Assembly (NCBI RefSeq): GCF_009914755.1
Contig: NC_060929.1
DNA length: 64,000 nt
Direction: 5' to 3' (one strand)
Source: the human T2T-CHM13v2.0 reference genome, Homo sapiens
Positions 1 through 14,113 of this stretch are shown piece by piece; position 1 is the stretch's first letter; the number at the start of each line of letters is the position of its first letter. Under the pieces are notes generated by a model. The model saw only the letters and a list, made by a program, of their open reading frames with translations. It had not been told where the DNA came from and did not search any database. The translations under genes and the position numbers were made by a program.

Positions 1-675
1 TTCCCAGTATGGATTCCCACTAGGACCTTGACTGAGATCACGGGGACTGGAGTCATAAACATCTGTTGACTGTGTTCTAGAAGGACTAAGGAGAATTAGG
101 AAAAACCCCATGAATTATTCAGTGATGTCCACCATAACTCAGGGAAAGGAAGAAAATCCTTCTTCCTTCCTCAAGTAGCTATGAGAGGCCTTAAGAAAAT
201 ATATTCCCCTGTCACCCAAATCATTCGACGGTCAATTGATTCTAAAAGATAAGTTTATTACCCAATCAGCCACAGATGTCAGGAGAAAGCTCCAAAAGCA
301 AGCCCTGGGCCCTGAACAAAATATGGAGGCATTATTAAACCTGGCAACCTCAGTATTCTATAATAGGGACCAAGAGGAACAGGCCCAAAAGGAAAAGCAA
401 GATCAGAGAAAGGCCACAGCCTTAGTCATGGCCCTCAGACAAACAAAACTTGGTGGTTCAGAGAGGAAAGAAAATGGAGCAGGCCAATGACCTGGTAGGG
501 CTTGCTATCAGTGTGGTTTACAAGGACACTTTAAAAAGATTGTCCAGTGAGAAACAAGTCTTCCCCTTGTCCATGTCTGCTATGCTGAGGCAATCACTGG
601 AAGGTGCACTGCCCCAGAAGACAAAGGTTCTCTGGGTCAGAAACCCCCAACCAGATGATCCAACAACAGGACTGA
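1..675 (+). pseudogene. gag: HERV9 gag 3' part (capsid C-terminus, NC zinc knuckles), disrupted
   Basis: ILKDKFITQSATDVRRKLQK capsid segment; CYQCGLQGHF and C..C.GNHWKVHC knuckle remnants; TGA at 673-675 in CAGGACTGAGGGTG context; internal stops and frameshifts. Confidence 0.88.
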
Positions 676-3600
676 GGGTGCCTGGGGCAAGTGTCAGCTC
701 ATATCATCACTCTCACTGAGCCCCAGGTATGTTTAACCATTGAGGGCCAGGAAATTGACTTCCTCTTGGACACTAGCATTGCCTTCTCAGTGCTAATCTC
801 CTGTCCTGGATGACTGTCCTCAAGGTCCATTACCATCTGAGGAATCCTGGGACAGCCTGTAACCAGGTATTTCTCCCACCTCCTCAGTTATAATTGGGAC
901 TTTGCTCTTTTCACATGCCTTTCTTGTTATGCCTGAAAGTCCCACACCCTTATTAGGGAGGGACATATTAGCCAAAGCTGGAGCTATTATCTACATGAAT
1001 ATGGGGAACAAGTTGCCCATTTGTTGTCCCTCTACTTGAAGAGGGAATCAACCCTGAAGTCTGGGCATTGGAAGGACAATTTGGAAGGACAAAAAATGCC
1101 CACCCACTCCAAATCAGGCTAAAAGACCCCACCATTTTTCCTTATCAAAGGAAATATCCCTTAAGGCCTGAAGCTCATAAAGGTTTACAGGATATTGTTA
1201 AACATTTAAAAGCTCAAGGCTTAGTAAGGAAATGCAGCAGTCCCTGCAACACCCCAATTCTAGGAGTACAAAAACCGAACCGTCAGTGGAGACTAGTGCA
1301 AGATCTTAGACTCATCAATGAGGCAGTAATTCCTCTATATCCAGTCATATCCAACCCCTATATCCTGCTCTCTCAAATACCAGAGGAAGCAGAATGGTTC
1401 ACTGTTCTGGACCTCAGGAATGTCTTCTTCTGTATTCCCCTGCACTCTGACTCCCAGTTTCTCTTTGCCTTTGAGGATCCCACAGACCACACATCCCAAA
1501 TTACATGGACGGTCTTGCCCCAAGGGTTTAGGGATAGCCCTCATCTGTTTGGTCAGGCATGGGTGCAAGATCTAGGCCACTCCTCAAGTCCAGGCACTCT
1601 GGTCCTTCAGTATGTGGATGACTTGCTTTTGGCTACCAGTTCAGAAGCCTCATGCCAGCAGGCTACTCTAGATCTCTTGAACTTTCTAGCTAATCAAGGG
1701 TACAAGTTGTCTAGGTCAAAGGCCCAGCTTTGCCTACAGCAGGTGAAATATCTAGGCCTAATCTTAGCCAGAGGGACCAGGGTCCTCAGAAAGGAATGAG
1801 TACAGCCTATACTGGCTTATCCTCACCCTAAGACATTAAAACAGTTGTGGGGGTTCCTTGGAATCACCAGCTCTTGACGACTATGGATCCCCGGATACAG
1901 CAAGATAGCCAGGACCTTCTATACTCTATTCAAGGAGACCCAGAGAGCAAATACTCATCTAGTAGAATGGGAGCCAGAGGCAGAAATAGCCTTCAAAACC
2001 ATAAAGCAGGCCATAGTTCAAGTTCCAGCTTTAAGCCTTCCCACAGGACAAAACTTCTCTTTATACATCACAGAGAGAGCAGGGATAGCACTTGGAGTCT
2101 ACTCAGATGCGTGGGACAACCACACAACCAGTGGCATACCTAAGTAAGGAAATTAATGTAGTAGCAAAAGGCTGGCCTCACTGTTTATGGGTAGTTGTGG
2201 TGGTGGCCGTCTTAGTGTCAGAGGCTATCAAGATAATTCAAGGAAAGGATCTCACTGTCTGGACTACTCATGATGTAAATAGCATACTAGGTGCCAAAGG
2301 AAGTTTATGGCTATCAGACAACTGCCTACTTAGATACCAGGCACTACTCCTTGAGGGACTGGTGCTTCAAATACGTACGTGTGTGGCCCTCAACCCTGCC
2401 ACTTTTCTCCCAGAGGATGGGGAACCATTTGCGCATGACTGCCAACAAATTATAGTCCAGACTTATGCCACCTGAGATGATCTCTTAGAAGTCCCCTTAC
2501 CTATATGCTGACCTTAACCTATATACCGATGGAAGTTCATTTGTGGAGAATGGGATATGAAGGGCAGGTTATGACATAGTTAGTGATGTAACCATACTTG
2601 AAAGTAAGCCTCTTCCCCCAGGGACCAGCACCCAGTTAGCAGAACTAGTGGCACTTACCCGAGCCTTAGAACTGGGAAAGGGAAAAAGAATAAATGTGTA
2701 TACAGATAGCAAGTATGCTTATCTAATCCTACATGCCCATGCTGCAATATGGAAAGAAAGAGAGTTCCTAACCTCTGGGGGAACCCCCATTAAATACCAC
2801 AGGAAATTATAGAGTTATTGCACACAGTGCAAAAACCCAAGGAGGTGGCAGTCTTACACTGACAAAGCCATCGGAAAGGTGAAGGAGAAAAGGCAGAAGG
2901 AAACCATCAGGCAGATGCTGAGGCCAAAATTGCTGCCAGGTGGAACCCCCCATTAGAAATACCTACAGAAGGACCCTTGGTATGGAACAACCCCCTCCAA
3001 GAGATTAAGCCCCAGTATTTCCCAACTGAAGCATAGTGGGGACTTTCACGGGGACATAGTTTTCTCCCCTCGGAGTGGTTGGCGATGGAAGAAGGAAAGG
3101 TACTTATATCCAAAGCCAGCCAGTGGAAAATACTTAAAACCCTCCCCCAAACTTTTCATATGGGTATTGAAAACACTCATCAAATGGCCAAATCCCTACT
3201 TACAGGGCCAAATCTCCTCTGAACCATCCGACAGGCAGTCAAAACCTGTGAGGTGTGCCAAAGGAATAATCCCTTGGTCCATCATAAGGCCCCTTTGGTG
3301 GAACAAAGAATAGGTCACTAGCCTGGACAGGACTGGCAGTTAGACTTCACCCATATGCCTAAGTCAAAGGGATTTCAATACTTATTGGTCTGTGTTGATA
3401 CCTTTACAAATTGGATAGAAACTTTCCCCTGCAAGACAGAGAAGGCTCAGGAAGTAATTAAAGAACTAATTCATGAAATAATTCCTAGATTTGGGCTTCC
3501 CCAAACCTTACAGAGCAACAGTGGTCCAGCTTTTAAAGCCACGATAACTCAGGGAATTTCCAGGGAGCTAGGGATACGATATCACCTTCACTGTTCCTGG

Positions 3601-4260
3601 AGGCCACAATCCTCAGGGAAGGTCGAGAAGGCAAATGAAACACTCAAGAGGCACTTAAGGAAACTAACACAAGAAACTCATCTCCCATGGCCTACTCTTT
3701 TGCCCACGGCCTTGTTGAGAATCTGAAATTCACCTCACAAAATAGGGCTCAGTCCATATGAAATGCTGTATTGACGACCTTTTCTCACAAATGACCACCT
3801 ACTTGATCAGGAAACGTCCAACCTGGCCAAAGATATAACTCCTTTGGCAAAATATCAACAAAACCTTAAAAATCTACCTGAGGGATCTCACAGAGAAAAG
3901 GGAACAGAGTTGTTTCAATGAGGAGATCTAGTGTTGGTCAAATCTCTCCCCTCTACCTCCCCATCTATGGACTCTTTGGGGGAAGGACCATACTAGGTAA
4001 TCCTCTCTAATCCCACTATAGTTAAGGTGGCAGGAGTGGAATCTTGGATTCTCTACACCCAAGTTAAACTTTGGACATCCCCTGAGGAACCTGCAGGACC
4101 TCAGCTCAAGAGTCCCAAGAGCAGCCAGACCAGCCTCAATACACCTGCAAAGTGTTGGAAGAATTGCATCTCCTATTTCAGAAGGAAATCTCCCAGACTA
4201 AAAAGGCTCCTATCACTGATCCTGAGGAAAAACCCCTTCCTCCTTAAAAAAGATAAGTGA
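676..4260 (+). pseudogene. pol: HERV9 pro-pol (protease, RT, RNase H, integrase), disrupted
   Basis: FLLDTS (mutated DTG protease site); LPQGF and YVDD RT motifs (ORF 1068-1799); YTDGSS RNase H ~2522; integrase DFTHMP and SSGKVE (ORF 3355-3726); multiple stops and frameshifts. Confidence 0.93.
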
Positions 4261-4399
4261 AAACAGCATAGTAACCATACTGTTTGTGACAGGACTATAT
4301 ACTGTAGCTCCTGCCAGGACAAAAATCCTAATCACATCAACCTTCTTTCTATCTTCCTTCCTTTTGACAGCAACTTACTCCTACCTTTGACTCAGACTC

Positions 4400-6206
4400 A
4401 ATAAAATGATCTCGTCTTCCAAAGCACCCTCTTTACCTTCCTATTTGCTCTTTGCCTATGTATCCCTCCTGCTTCTTTGGATACCTCATACAATCACCCC
4501 TCCCCTTCCACTAGCTCCTAATTTCCTCTACAAGACTCTCAACCCACTCTCTGTTAAACCAGTCCAATCCTTCCCTGGCAAATGACTGTTGGCTTTGTAT
4601 CTCTCTATCAACCTCTGATCACGTTGCCACTCCCATTCCTGCAAAAAAACTGGGTTTTTACCAATTTAACCTACCACCCTTATTATGAAGGAAAACACCC
4701 TTTCCAACTTCTAAATATGCAATCATTATCCAACTTCCCCATCTCTGATAGGACCAAGAATACCCTAACAGGACGTGCAATCCAACTTTTAAGTTCTTAC
4801 ATTTCCAACCTCACCTATTACACAAGCAATGAAAAGCCCATACATGGCCCTGTAACTACGAATACCATCTTAACGTTCCAAGCCCCTTTATGCATCCAAT
4901 GCAACCTGTTATCATGCCTTCCCCTGGGGCACCTGCTGCCTCATCAGTGTAATTACACCCTACAACTTCAAGCCCCAACTGATCATAGTAACTTCCGAGT
5001 CACACAAACAGCTCCATTCAGATGGCTTGTCCACTTCTCAGGGCCCCCAAAAATTATCACCTCCTCCCTGCTTAACAAACAGTCCAGGTTTTGTAATGGC
5101 AAACATACTCCCTGCATGACCATTCACCCCTGGACCCCCTGCAGCAGTGTCCCCACCACTAGTGAATGCCTTCTCATCCCCTCTTTCAATCACTCTCTTG
5201 AATGGTTCCTAGTGGATACAAAACTTTTTTTTTCCAATGGGAAAATCAAACACAGGGAGCCACTCAGTTTGCTCCCAACACCCCTTTCCAGCTGCTCACT
5301 GGAGTTACCTTGGCAAGTAATCTAGGAGTATGGGAAAATGAATACAACAAATTCACACACTTTTTTAACATACACAACCAGTTCTGTCTACCCAGCCAAC
5401 ATATATTCTTATGTGGAACATTGACCTATATCTGCCTCCCCACTAACTGGACAGGCACCTGCACCTTAGTTTTTCTAAGTCCCAACATTAACATTGCCCC
5501 AGGAAATCAGACCTTATCAGTACCCCTCAAAGCTCAAGTCCATCAGCGCAGAGCCATACAAGTAATACCCCTACTTATAGGGTTAGGAATGGCTACTGCT
5601 ACAGGAACCAGAATAGCCAATTTATCTACTTCATTATCCTACTACCACACACTCTCAAAGGATTTTTCAGACAGTTTGCAAAAAATAATGAAATCTATCC
5701 TTACCCTACAATCCCAAATAGACTCTTTAGCAGCAGTGACTCTCCAAAACCTCTGAGGCCTAGACCTCCTCACTGCTGAGAAAGGAGGACTCTGCACCTT
5801 CTTAGGGGAAGAGTGTTGTTTTTACACTAACCAGTCAGGGATAGTATGAGATGCCACCCGGAGTTTACAGGAAAAGGCTTCTGAAATCAGACAATGCCTT
5901 TCAAACTCTTATACCAACCTCTGGAATTGGGCAACATGGCTTCTCCCCTTTCTAGGTCCTGTGGCAGCCATCTTGCTGTTACTCGCCTTTGGACCCTGTA
6001 TTTTTAACCTGCTTGTCAAATTTGTTTCCTCTAGAATTGAGGCCATCAAGCTACAGATAGTCTTACAAATGGAACTCCAAATGACCTCAACTAACAACTT
6101 CTACCGAGGACCCCTGGACCAACCCACTGGCTTAAAGAGTTCCCCTCTGGAGGACACTACAACTGCAGGGCCCCTTCTTCACCCCTATCCAGCAGGAAGT
6201 AGCTAG
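4400..6206 (+). pseudogene. env: HERV9 env (SU+TM), frameshifted and with stops
   Basis: NDCWLC SU motif ~4581; HQRR/AI cleavage site; hydrophobic fusion peptide; LQNL*GLDLL immunosuppressive domain interrupted by TGA at 5754-5756; CTFLGEECC; TM helix and cytoplasmic tail (ORF 5961-6206). Confidence 0.9.
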
Positions 6207-6263
6207 AGTGGTCATTGGCCAAATTCCCAAGAGCAGTTGGGTTGTCCTGTTTAGAGGGGGGAT

Positions 6264-7207
6264 TGAGAGGTGAGAATGTGCTAGCAGCCCTCGCTTGCTC
6301 TCAGCATCTCCTCGGCCTTGGCATCTGCTCTGGCTATGCTCAAGGAGCCCTTCAGCCCACTGCTGCACTGTGGGGGCCCCTCTATGGGGCTGGCCAAGGC
6401 CAGAGCAGGCTCCCTCTGCTCACAGGGAGGTGTGGAGGGAGAGGTGCGGGCGGGAGCCGGGGCTGCATGCGGTGCTCACAGGCCGGTGCCAGTTCCAGGT
6501 GCGTGCATGCTTGGCAAGCCCCACACTCAGCGTGACTGGCGGGCACCTGCTGGGCTTGATCGGGGACAAGCTCCCTCTGGGCTGTTGGAGTGCCCAGGCT
6601 AATTGCTGCAAAGTCCCACGGCAAGTACCAGTGAGAGGTGAAGCTGGCTGGGCTTCTGGGATGGGTGGGGACTTGGAGAACTTTTGTGTCTAGCTAAAGG
6701 ATTGTAAATGCACCAATCAGCACTCTGTATCTAGCTAAAGGTTTGTAAATGCACCAATCAGTACTCTGTCAAAACGGACCAATCAGCTCTCTGTAAAATG
6801 GACCAATCAGCTCTCTGTAAAATGGACCAATCAGCAGGATATGAGTGGGGCCAGATAAGGGAATAAAAGCAGGCCACCCGAGCTAGCAGCAGCAACCCGC
6901 TCGGGTCCCCTTCCATGCTGTGGAAGCTTTGTTCTTTCACTCTTCACAGTAAATCTTGCTGCTGCTCACTCTTTGGGTCCGTGCCACCATTATGAGCTGT
7001 AACACTCACTGCAAAGGTCTGCAGCTTCACTCCTGAAGTCAGTGAGACCACAAACCCACCAGAAGGAAGAAACTCCAGACACATCTGAACATCTGAAGGA
7101 ACAAACTCCGGATACACCACCTTTAAGAAATGTTAACACTCACCGCAAGAGTCCGCAGCTTCATTCTTGAAGTCAGTGAGACCAAGAACCCACCAGTTCT
7201 GGACACA
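6264..7207 (+). mobile_element. LTR12-family 3' LTR of ERV9
   Basis: Starts TGAGAGGTGA after the PPT and ends GGACACA; GC-rich U3, CCAAT-bearing tandem subrepeats, AATAAAA TATA-like element ~6862, repeated U5 units. Confidence 0.95.
6690..6870 (+). promoter_or_regulatory. LTR12 U3 enhancer/promoter: five CCAATCAG (NF-Y) boxes, GT box, GATA site, TATA-like element
   Basis: Two ~41-bp and three ~24-bp units each containing ACCAATCAG, followed by GAGTGGGGCCAGATAAGGGAATAAAAG. Confidence 0.75.
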
Positions 7208-7540
7208 GTAGGGGGAAGGCAAAGGAAACAGAGAAAATAACTGGGGTGAGCAAGCAGTATAGAACAAAAGAGAGAAGATATCCCCTGCAGAGTTAAGGAC
7301 TCAATACTAACTGCTTTAGAAAAATGCCATATTTAAAAGGTACCAAGGCAGAAAAGATGGGAAGGGAGAAGAGTGGGGAAGCCAAAAAAAGGGAAACCCT
7401 AAAAGATAAGCTCAATATGTTAAGTACAAAAGACTACAGAGAGGATCCTAGGAAATAGTCTAGAACCAGGGGGAAAAATGAAAGAAAGGAAAAGAAAGAA
7501 ATCCTGGGTGAAAGGAACAGAGACAGGTAAAGAAAGTCCT

Positions 7541-7874
<334 letters not shown>

Positions 7875-8379
7875 TCACGTGCTGATGGATATGAAAACTT
7901 GGGGATGTAGGGAGAGTTGCAAATGTATAGTATTTAAATACTCATTTGTGGTAAGTCTGTGAAAATTTAAAAAAATTATGGAAGTGAACAGGCTACCAAG
8001 AATATATGTATATTGTTATACCAACATAAATTATTGTTTTATGATTATATTTTACAACAATAATATAAATAAAACAGATCCATTATCCATAAAGTAATAG
8101 TTACCAAAAAGTAACTACAATGCAGAAACTTAAGAACAGCCTTTGTTGGCCTTCCAGCACTTAGCACTAAAGTGAGGCCATTGAGTTAGGGCTAGGCATG
8201 AGCTCATCTAGGAAGTGAGTAATTGAATGGCCCAGGGATAGAGTGCCCACCTATAGATGAGCAGCTGAAATTCACCTCTCATCCCCAATGGAGTAGCTGT
8301 TCAACTCAAGGATAACTCATGTTCTCCATGCCTCTTCTATTTCAATACTTCATCTAGGTTCCCAGGCACCCATGACACT

Positions 8380-8810
8380 AAATGCCAGACATCAATGATT
8401 TTCTCCCAAAATATGTTCTCTCTTTTTTCCTTTAGGTAATAGCTCCCCCAAAGTTTAGATTGGCATACAGCTAATCAGCTCAAGTGTATATTTCTCAGCC
8501 TCCCTTAAGGCTATATGTGGTATGTAAGTTAGTTTTGACTAATAGGATGAAAGAGAAAGTGGTATTTGCAACATATAGGTTATCCCCTCCACATTACTCC
8601 CCTTCCCACTAGCCAGAACATGGCTGTGACAGCAGAACCCGTGCATCCATCTTAGACAACATCTCAGCCCCAAATATTGTAAAGCCACCATATTGGTCTT
8701 GTACTGCTTATGTTCAGACTGTTACATGAGAAAAAGTAAGCTTTTATCTTCTTTAAGCCACTATTATTTCGGCCTTTCTTAACAGCCATACTAAAATGAT
8801 AACCAAAATA
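8380..8810 (+). mobile_element. Old MaLR LTR (MLT1J/K/L-like)
   Basis: tttctcagcctccctt core and MLT1-type 3' end (ttacatgagaaaaagtaagc...taagccact). Confidence 0.6.
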
Positions 8811-9949
8811 AACAGTAGCTCTTGTGTAATAGCTATTAATTTTTCAATCCACACACTCAAATGTACAAGGAATGTAAAATAATTTTTCATTTTTTTAATT
8901 ATTTTTCATAGCTTCATCTCTATTTCAAGCTCCCATCCAACTTGGGAGTGAAAAAAATCATCTAAGTAAGGTTTTCTCAGCCAATCAGGACTTCCTTCAC
9001 TAATTTAGGATTTTCTCCTCTCCCTGGTCCTGAGAGTTTATACAATGTCAAGGTATGAGGGAGAGTTGTAAATCTGGTCATCATAAAGCTATGGTGGCAT
9101 CTCCCAAGTTGTAAGTTGTTTAGGTATCTGGATTCCTCTGGTCCTCAGGTCTGCGGGAAATTTGTTGACAGGTCCACTCCTCCTAACCATGACCTCCTCC
9201 TGGTGTACTGGCTTTTTCTCAGCTATGTCCACACCACTGGCAGCTACACAGGAAAATGACACCTTGCTGTTCCCTCTACTCCATCCAGAATACATCATTC
9301 AGACTTGTGCCTCAGGCCTCTCTGCCCCGGCATCCCTTGTGGCTGTCCAATTCTTGTTTTCCTATGTTCTAATAGTACAGAAGGTTTGCACCCTCCCAGG
9401 GCAACGAAAAAAAGAAGTAGAGCATAGCCCCTTCTATTCTTGAATCCACAAACTTCTCTGGTGACTTTCATCACCCCCTCCACCCACACTTAACATTTTA
9501 AATTAAAAAGCCAAAAATATGTTAACTGCTGTGACAATTCATCTGAGAATAATGGAATACTATTATCTATATCTGGCAAAATGATAACCTTTCAGATTTT
9601 CAACAATACAGTTCACCAACCACCATTCAGTGGGATTAAATATATATTTATGCCTAGTCAGGCCTTCCTTCTAGACACCTAATATTGCAAATTATTCAAT
9701 TATGTGTACATGTTGACATAGCCCCTATCAAACAGTACACTCTGGCTCTCCAAATGACCACGTAAATATCCTTAGATCCATGACAGTCATGCTTGGTTAT
9801 GTGTATTTGTTGGGGGTAAAAAGAGTAGGAAATTTCCATTTATATTTTCATGACTTCATCAAAAAGTTCATCTTCTTTTCTACATGGATTAAGATCATAA
9901 CTGTGATGTATTAGATGATACTAAAGAAAAAAGAAATAGAGCCAATCCG

Positions 9950-12480
9950 TACTTTGACCCCTCATTATGAGTGATATTTTCTTCTACTCTGCCTTGGCAT
10001 CCCCACATAGTTATACCCTGAGCTATGCAATCACCAGTATCTGTTCTGCTTCTCAAATCCCAGTTCCAAACCTAACGTTCTGCAACTACAACCTCTTATT
10101 CTTTCAGAAGGCTTTCTTAAGAAAGCTTACTGACAAACTTTCTGACCTCTTCATGACCTCACACCACTTTCTTATTAACCGTTAGCTAATTATCCGTTAG
10201 CTTTCCCTTTGTTCTCTTCCATCATTGATTCTATGGCCCATCATTACAATCACTCCCTTGCCAAAATCCTCAACTCCCTGACTGTTCTCTTTCACCCTTG
10301 CCTGGGGAAAAACTCCAGTCCTCTGTGAGTTCTACCCCCTATCTTCTTGGTGCCTTTACCTGAGCATCCAAACATTGCCAGAGAAAGTTACCAACTAAAC
10401 ATATTTATTCATTCAGTCAATAAACATTTCTGGAACATCTACCATTTATCAGGCCCCATTCAGCTACCATGAAGACTGGTAAAAGAGACAGAAAAGACCC
10501 CTACTCTCTGGAGCCTAGATTCCAAAGTGCAGGTCTCACTTGAAATTTGTGAACACATATGTGCACTCAAGAAAGGCCAGCGATTCTGTGATATTTTTCT
10601 TATAGGGCTGTTTTCTCACTACATGATTTGATCATTTTATATCTTCTGCTTTCTTTCAAATCTCTCATGCTCCCTCCTCTATCCATATCTTCCCCCTGTG
10701 GTCTTGCCTCATTCTTCTTTGACAAAAAATAAACTAACAAGCTGCATGCCTCCTCATATATCTAATTTTGTCTTTCTTCCCGTTATAAAGTTTTCCTGCT
10801 TTTCTCACAAAACCAATCCCTTCACCTATGCTCTGGATCTAATTCTCTCTTGCCTTCTCAAGGGCTTTGCTTCTTCAGTTGTCTCTTTTCTAGAGGGACA
10901 TCCTCACCATATACAAATATGCTCTCCTAAGGCCCATCTTTTGAAAGCCCTCCTTTTACCTTGACCTCATCTTAGTGAGACTTCTCAAAAGAGTTGCCTA
11001 CATATACTATGTCAACTTACTTATATCTGTTCACTCTTATACCTAGTCTAATATGAGTCTGATACAGCATTACCATCCAACCCCATCACTCCACTGGAAT
11101 GGCTCTTATAATCACCAACTGTCTCCATGGTGCCAAAATTAATACTCTCTCTGCTTTCACCTTACTCTACCGCTTGCCGGCATTCAGCCAGGTTGATAAT
11201 TCTGCCTAAATACACTTTATCTCTTTGTGTCTATACTCCTTGAGATCTCTTCTTGTCTTGCTGGTTATTCCTTCTCTATCTCCTTTGCTACTCTTTACCT
11301 GAGTCCTAAAGTATGCTATTTCTCTAACGTTCTCTTCTCCAAAATTTCCTAGGTGATCTTCTCCTTTAATCTGGCTTTAAACACTATAATATATGTAATT
11401 CAGCAACTCTCAAATTTATATTTCAGCTCAGCCCTCTCCTTTGAGCTCTAGACTCACAAATTCAACTGCCAACTTGGCGTTTGATCCCTCAGCAAGTTCT
11501 GCCAATCCGAATAAATAGATCGACACGTAGGTTGATTGATTCAGTCTACTTTTCTCCATCTCCGCCACCTCCATCCCAAGGCCAAGTCACCTGAACCACT
11601 GCTACAATCTCCTCCCATCTCCATGCTGCCATTCTTAACTCCTCTCATCTAGTCTCCAGAGGCCAGAGCAATATCATGTTTCTTTTTCTGCTTAAATAAA
11701 ATCTAAACTCCCTACCATAGCTTCAGGGCCCTTCATAATCTGGCTTGTCCCTTCTCCAACCTCCTCACCAGATGTTCTCTGTCCACAGTAGAATTTCTTC
11801 CATTCTACAAGGTTCTTTTGCATACTAGGGCCTTTGCACATCCTGTTCCTTCCTTCTGGAATGGCCTCCTCCTCCTCTCTTAGCTACTTTATTCCATTCT
11901 TTCTTAAGTATTCTTGTCCTCCACTCCAGGGCTATTATTTCCTATTTTAAACTCCCAATGCTTTCTTTTATAATACTTATCATAGTGTGCAATTATTATT
12001 CTTTTTTTTGAGACCAAGTCTCACTCTGTCACCCAGGCTGGAGTGCAGTGTTGCGATCTTGGCTCATTGCAACCTCTGCCTCCTTGGTTCAAGTGATTCT
12101 CCTGCCTCAGCCCCCTGAGTAACTGGAATTACAGGTGCCCGCCACCACATCCGGCTTATTTTTGCATTTTTAATAGAGATGGGGTTTCACTACGTTGGTC
12201 AGGTTGGTCTCAAGCTCCTGACCTCAGGTGATCCACCTGCCTCGGCCTCCCAAAGTACTGGGATTACAGGCATGAGCCACTGCACCCCGTTGCAATTATT
12301 TTCAATAATTTGGTTGTTTTCTTTACAGATTTTGCCCATATTTCCCATTCAGATGCTAATGCCATGCTAGCAGAGGCATATCTGCTTAGTTCCTCATAGT
12401 ATTTCCAAAATATATCCCAGTACCTAACACCAACTCATAATTAAACATTTTCAGAATGAATAAAAAAGTGAATGAGTGGA
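9950..12480 (+). mobile_element. LINE-2 remnant, interrupted by an Alu and an antisense L2 tail
   Basis: CT-rich L2 ORF2/3'UTR-like sequence ending in gaatgaat-type tail ~12455-12480. Confidence 0.7.
11998..12290 (-). mobile_element. AluS
   Basis: Antisense Alu; TSD tgcaattatt at 11988-11997 and 12291-12300. Confidence 0.93.
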
Positions 12481-12824
12481 TAAAGTATAGGAGTCATAAG
12501 GTTATATGTGCCATCTCCATAGCTATTAAAAATTCTTATATTGCTACAACCTAATGACTTATGAATCCTTGCTGTTGTTCTGTGTTCCTTTGCATGTAAG
12601 AGATTTTTATACAGTCATTGACATGAGCAACTCTCTAGGTTTTTAATTTTTATTGTGCCTAGAGCGTCACTGCTAAAATCCCCAATTAATATTTTGTTAT
12701 AAGGAAATGATTTAGAACACTCAAAGTTCACTCTCAAGTTTCCAAGGTGAAATTTCCAACTATATAAGACTCATACACATCTCAGTGTGAAAGAAATTGG
12801 TATACCTTACTGGCATGTACAATA

Positions 12825-13055
12825 AAAGCAACCATTTACTGAACTCTTGCTATGTGTCCAGCACTGAACTAATGCTTCACAAGTGTAGCATATTTAGACT
12901 TCACAACAACCCAATAAGAGGGACCCAATAACTCTCTTTTTTAAAAGATGAGAAAACCAAGGCTTCAAGACTTGGCTAGTATGATCAAGTTTACCAACTG
13001 ATAAGTGGTAAAAGCCATAGGTTTAATCATTCTGCTAGTCTTCCACTCCAGACCT
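12825..13055 (-). mobile_element. MIR
   Basis: catttactga...cttcacaacaaccc...gatgagaaaaccaaggc MIR core. Confidence 0.6.
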
Positions 13056-13844
13056 GCAGAGACACAGCAGAGAGAAAGGTAGGGATAGAGTTCAATTTCA
13101 ATTCAGATGATAGCAAATAATACAGAAAGAATAGGAGAACCCCAAACTCCACCTTATATCTTGCAATTATCCTTATCCTGTCTATTAACAAAAGTGGGTT
13201 TTCTACAGGCCCATTGCCTGTATTTTTATTTTTCGAAATTCACCTTAGTGATTGTTTGGCAAACCTCATAGCTCTCTTTGCACCAAAGACCCTAGGGAAT
13301 TCTAATGTGGGTATTTTTAGGTCTTTACATTACTCTTTTCTTTTCAAGAAGGCTTGAAAATTATAGGCTAGTGATGACTGTATTCCTGTAGCCAGAAATG
13401 TGTTCACTGGGTCATTTTCAAAAAAAAAAAAAAAACCATGGTGAACATGTGGTACCAAGAAGTAGGAAGCAGATTCACTCCCTATAAACTGTTTCTCTCA
13501 GCCCCAAACTGCACTCACAAGGAGGAAGCCTAGTGATTAGCAGGCACCAATGAGGCTAGAATTATAATCAATTTTAAGCAAATTCTCTTTGGCCCATATT
13601 TGACTGCCTAGAGAGCCATTTGTTATTTGCCAGAGCTCCCTCACCTTTCCATTATATTTGCATCAGAGCAGGCAGGCTAAGAGTTAAGTCAAACAATCAG
13701 GAATGATATAGACTTTGCTCCAGATCCTCAAACACAGAAGGGATGTCCTGACTACTACAAATGGTAAGTTAAACATAGATACAGAGGGGAGGTGGCCAGA
13801 TTTGATTGTTGATTTCCTGCTTATTTTATTTACAAGTATTAATA

Positions 13845-14095
13845 GCAATAGTTAACGTTTATTGAGTGATTTTACCTGAGTGTACTTTCTCAAGTCTTTT
13901 GCATGTATTAGTTCATTTAATCTTCACAACTATCTGATGAGGTACTATTATTATCACCATTTTACTAATATGGAAACTGATATTCAAAGTGTGCAAATCA
14001 TTTGCCCAAAGTTACTCAACCAGAAATTCATGACAGCAGAATTCTACCTGTGGGAGTGTAACTCCAGAGTTTGAATTTTTAACCCCTGCACCCAC
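13845..14095 (-). mobile_element. MIR
   Basis: catttaatcttcacaac...atgaggtactattattatcaccattttac...ggaaactga. Confidence 0.7.
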
Positions 14096-14113
14096 TTGCC
14101 ACTCACAGATGTA

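Larger units (their letters stand above)
1..7207 (+). mobile_element. ERV9/HERV9 (class I, gamma-like) provirus; 5' part lies outside the window
   Basis: Colinear gag-pro-pol-env remnants, polypurine tract agagggggga (~6253-6262), then an LTR12-type LTR bounded by TG...CA. Confidence 0.95.

Noticed and set aside
1068-1799. Intact reverse transcriptase gene or novel RT system
   Set aside because: Fragment of HERV9 pol that ends in a premature stop and is flanked by frameshifts
1-6206. APOBEC3 hypermutation as the cause of HERV9 stops
   Set aside because: Many stops are TGA at positions consistent with CGA CpG decay, and most Trp codons are intact
9089-9489. Overlapping short ORFs in GC-richer sequence, possible pseudogene
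   Set aside because: No recognisable protein motif, poly(A) tail or TSD; cannot be assigned without a database search
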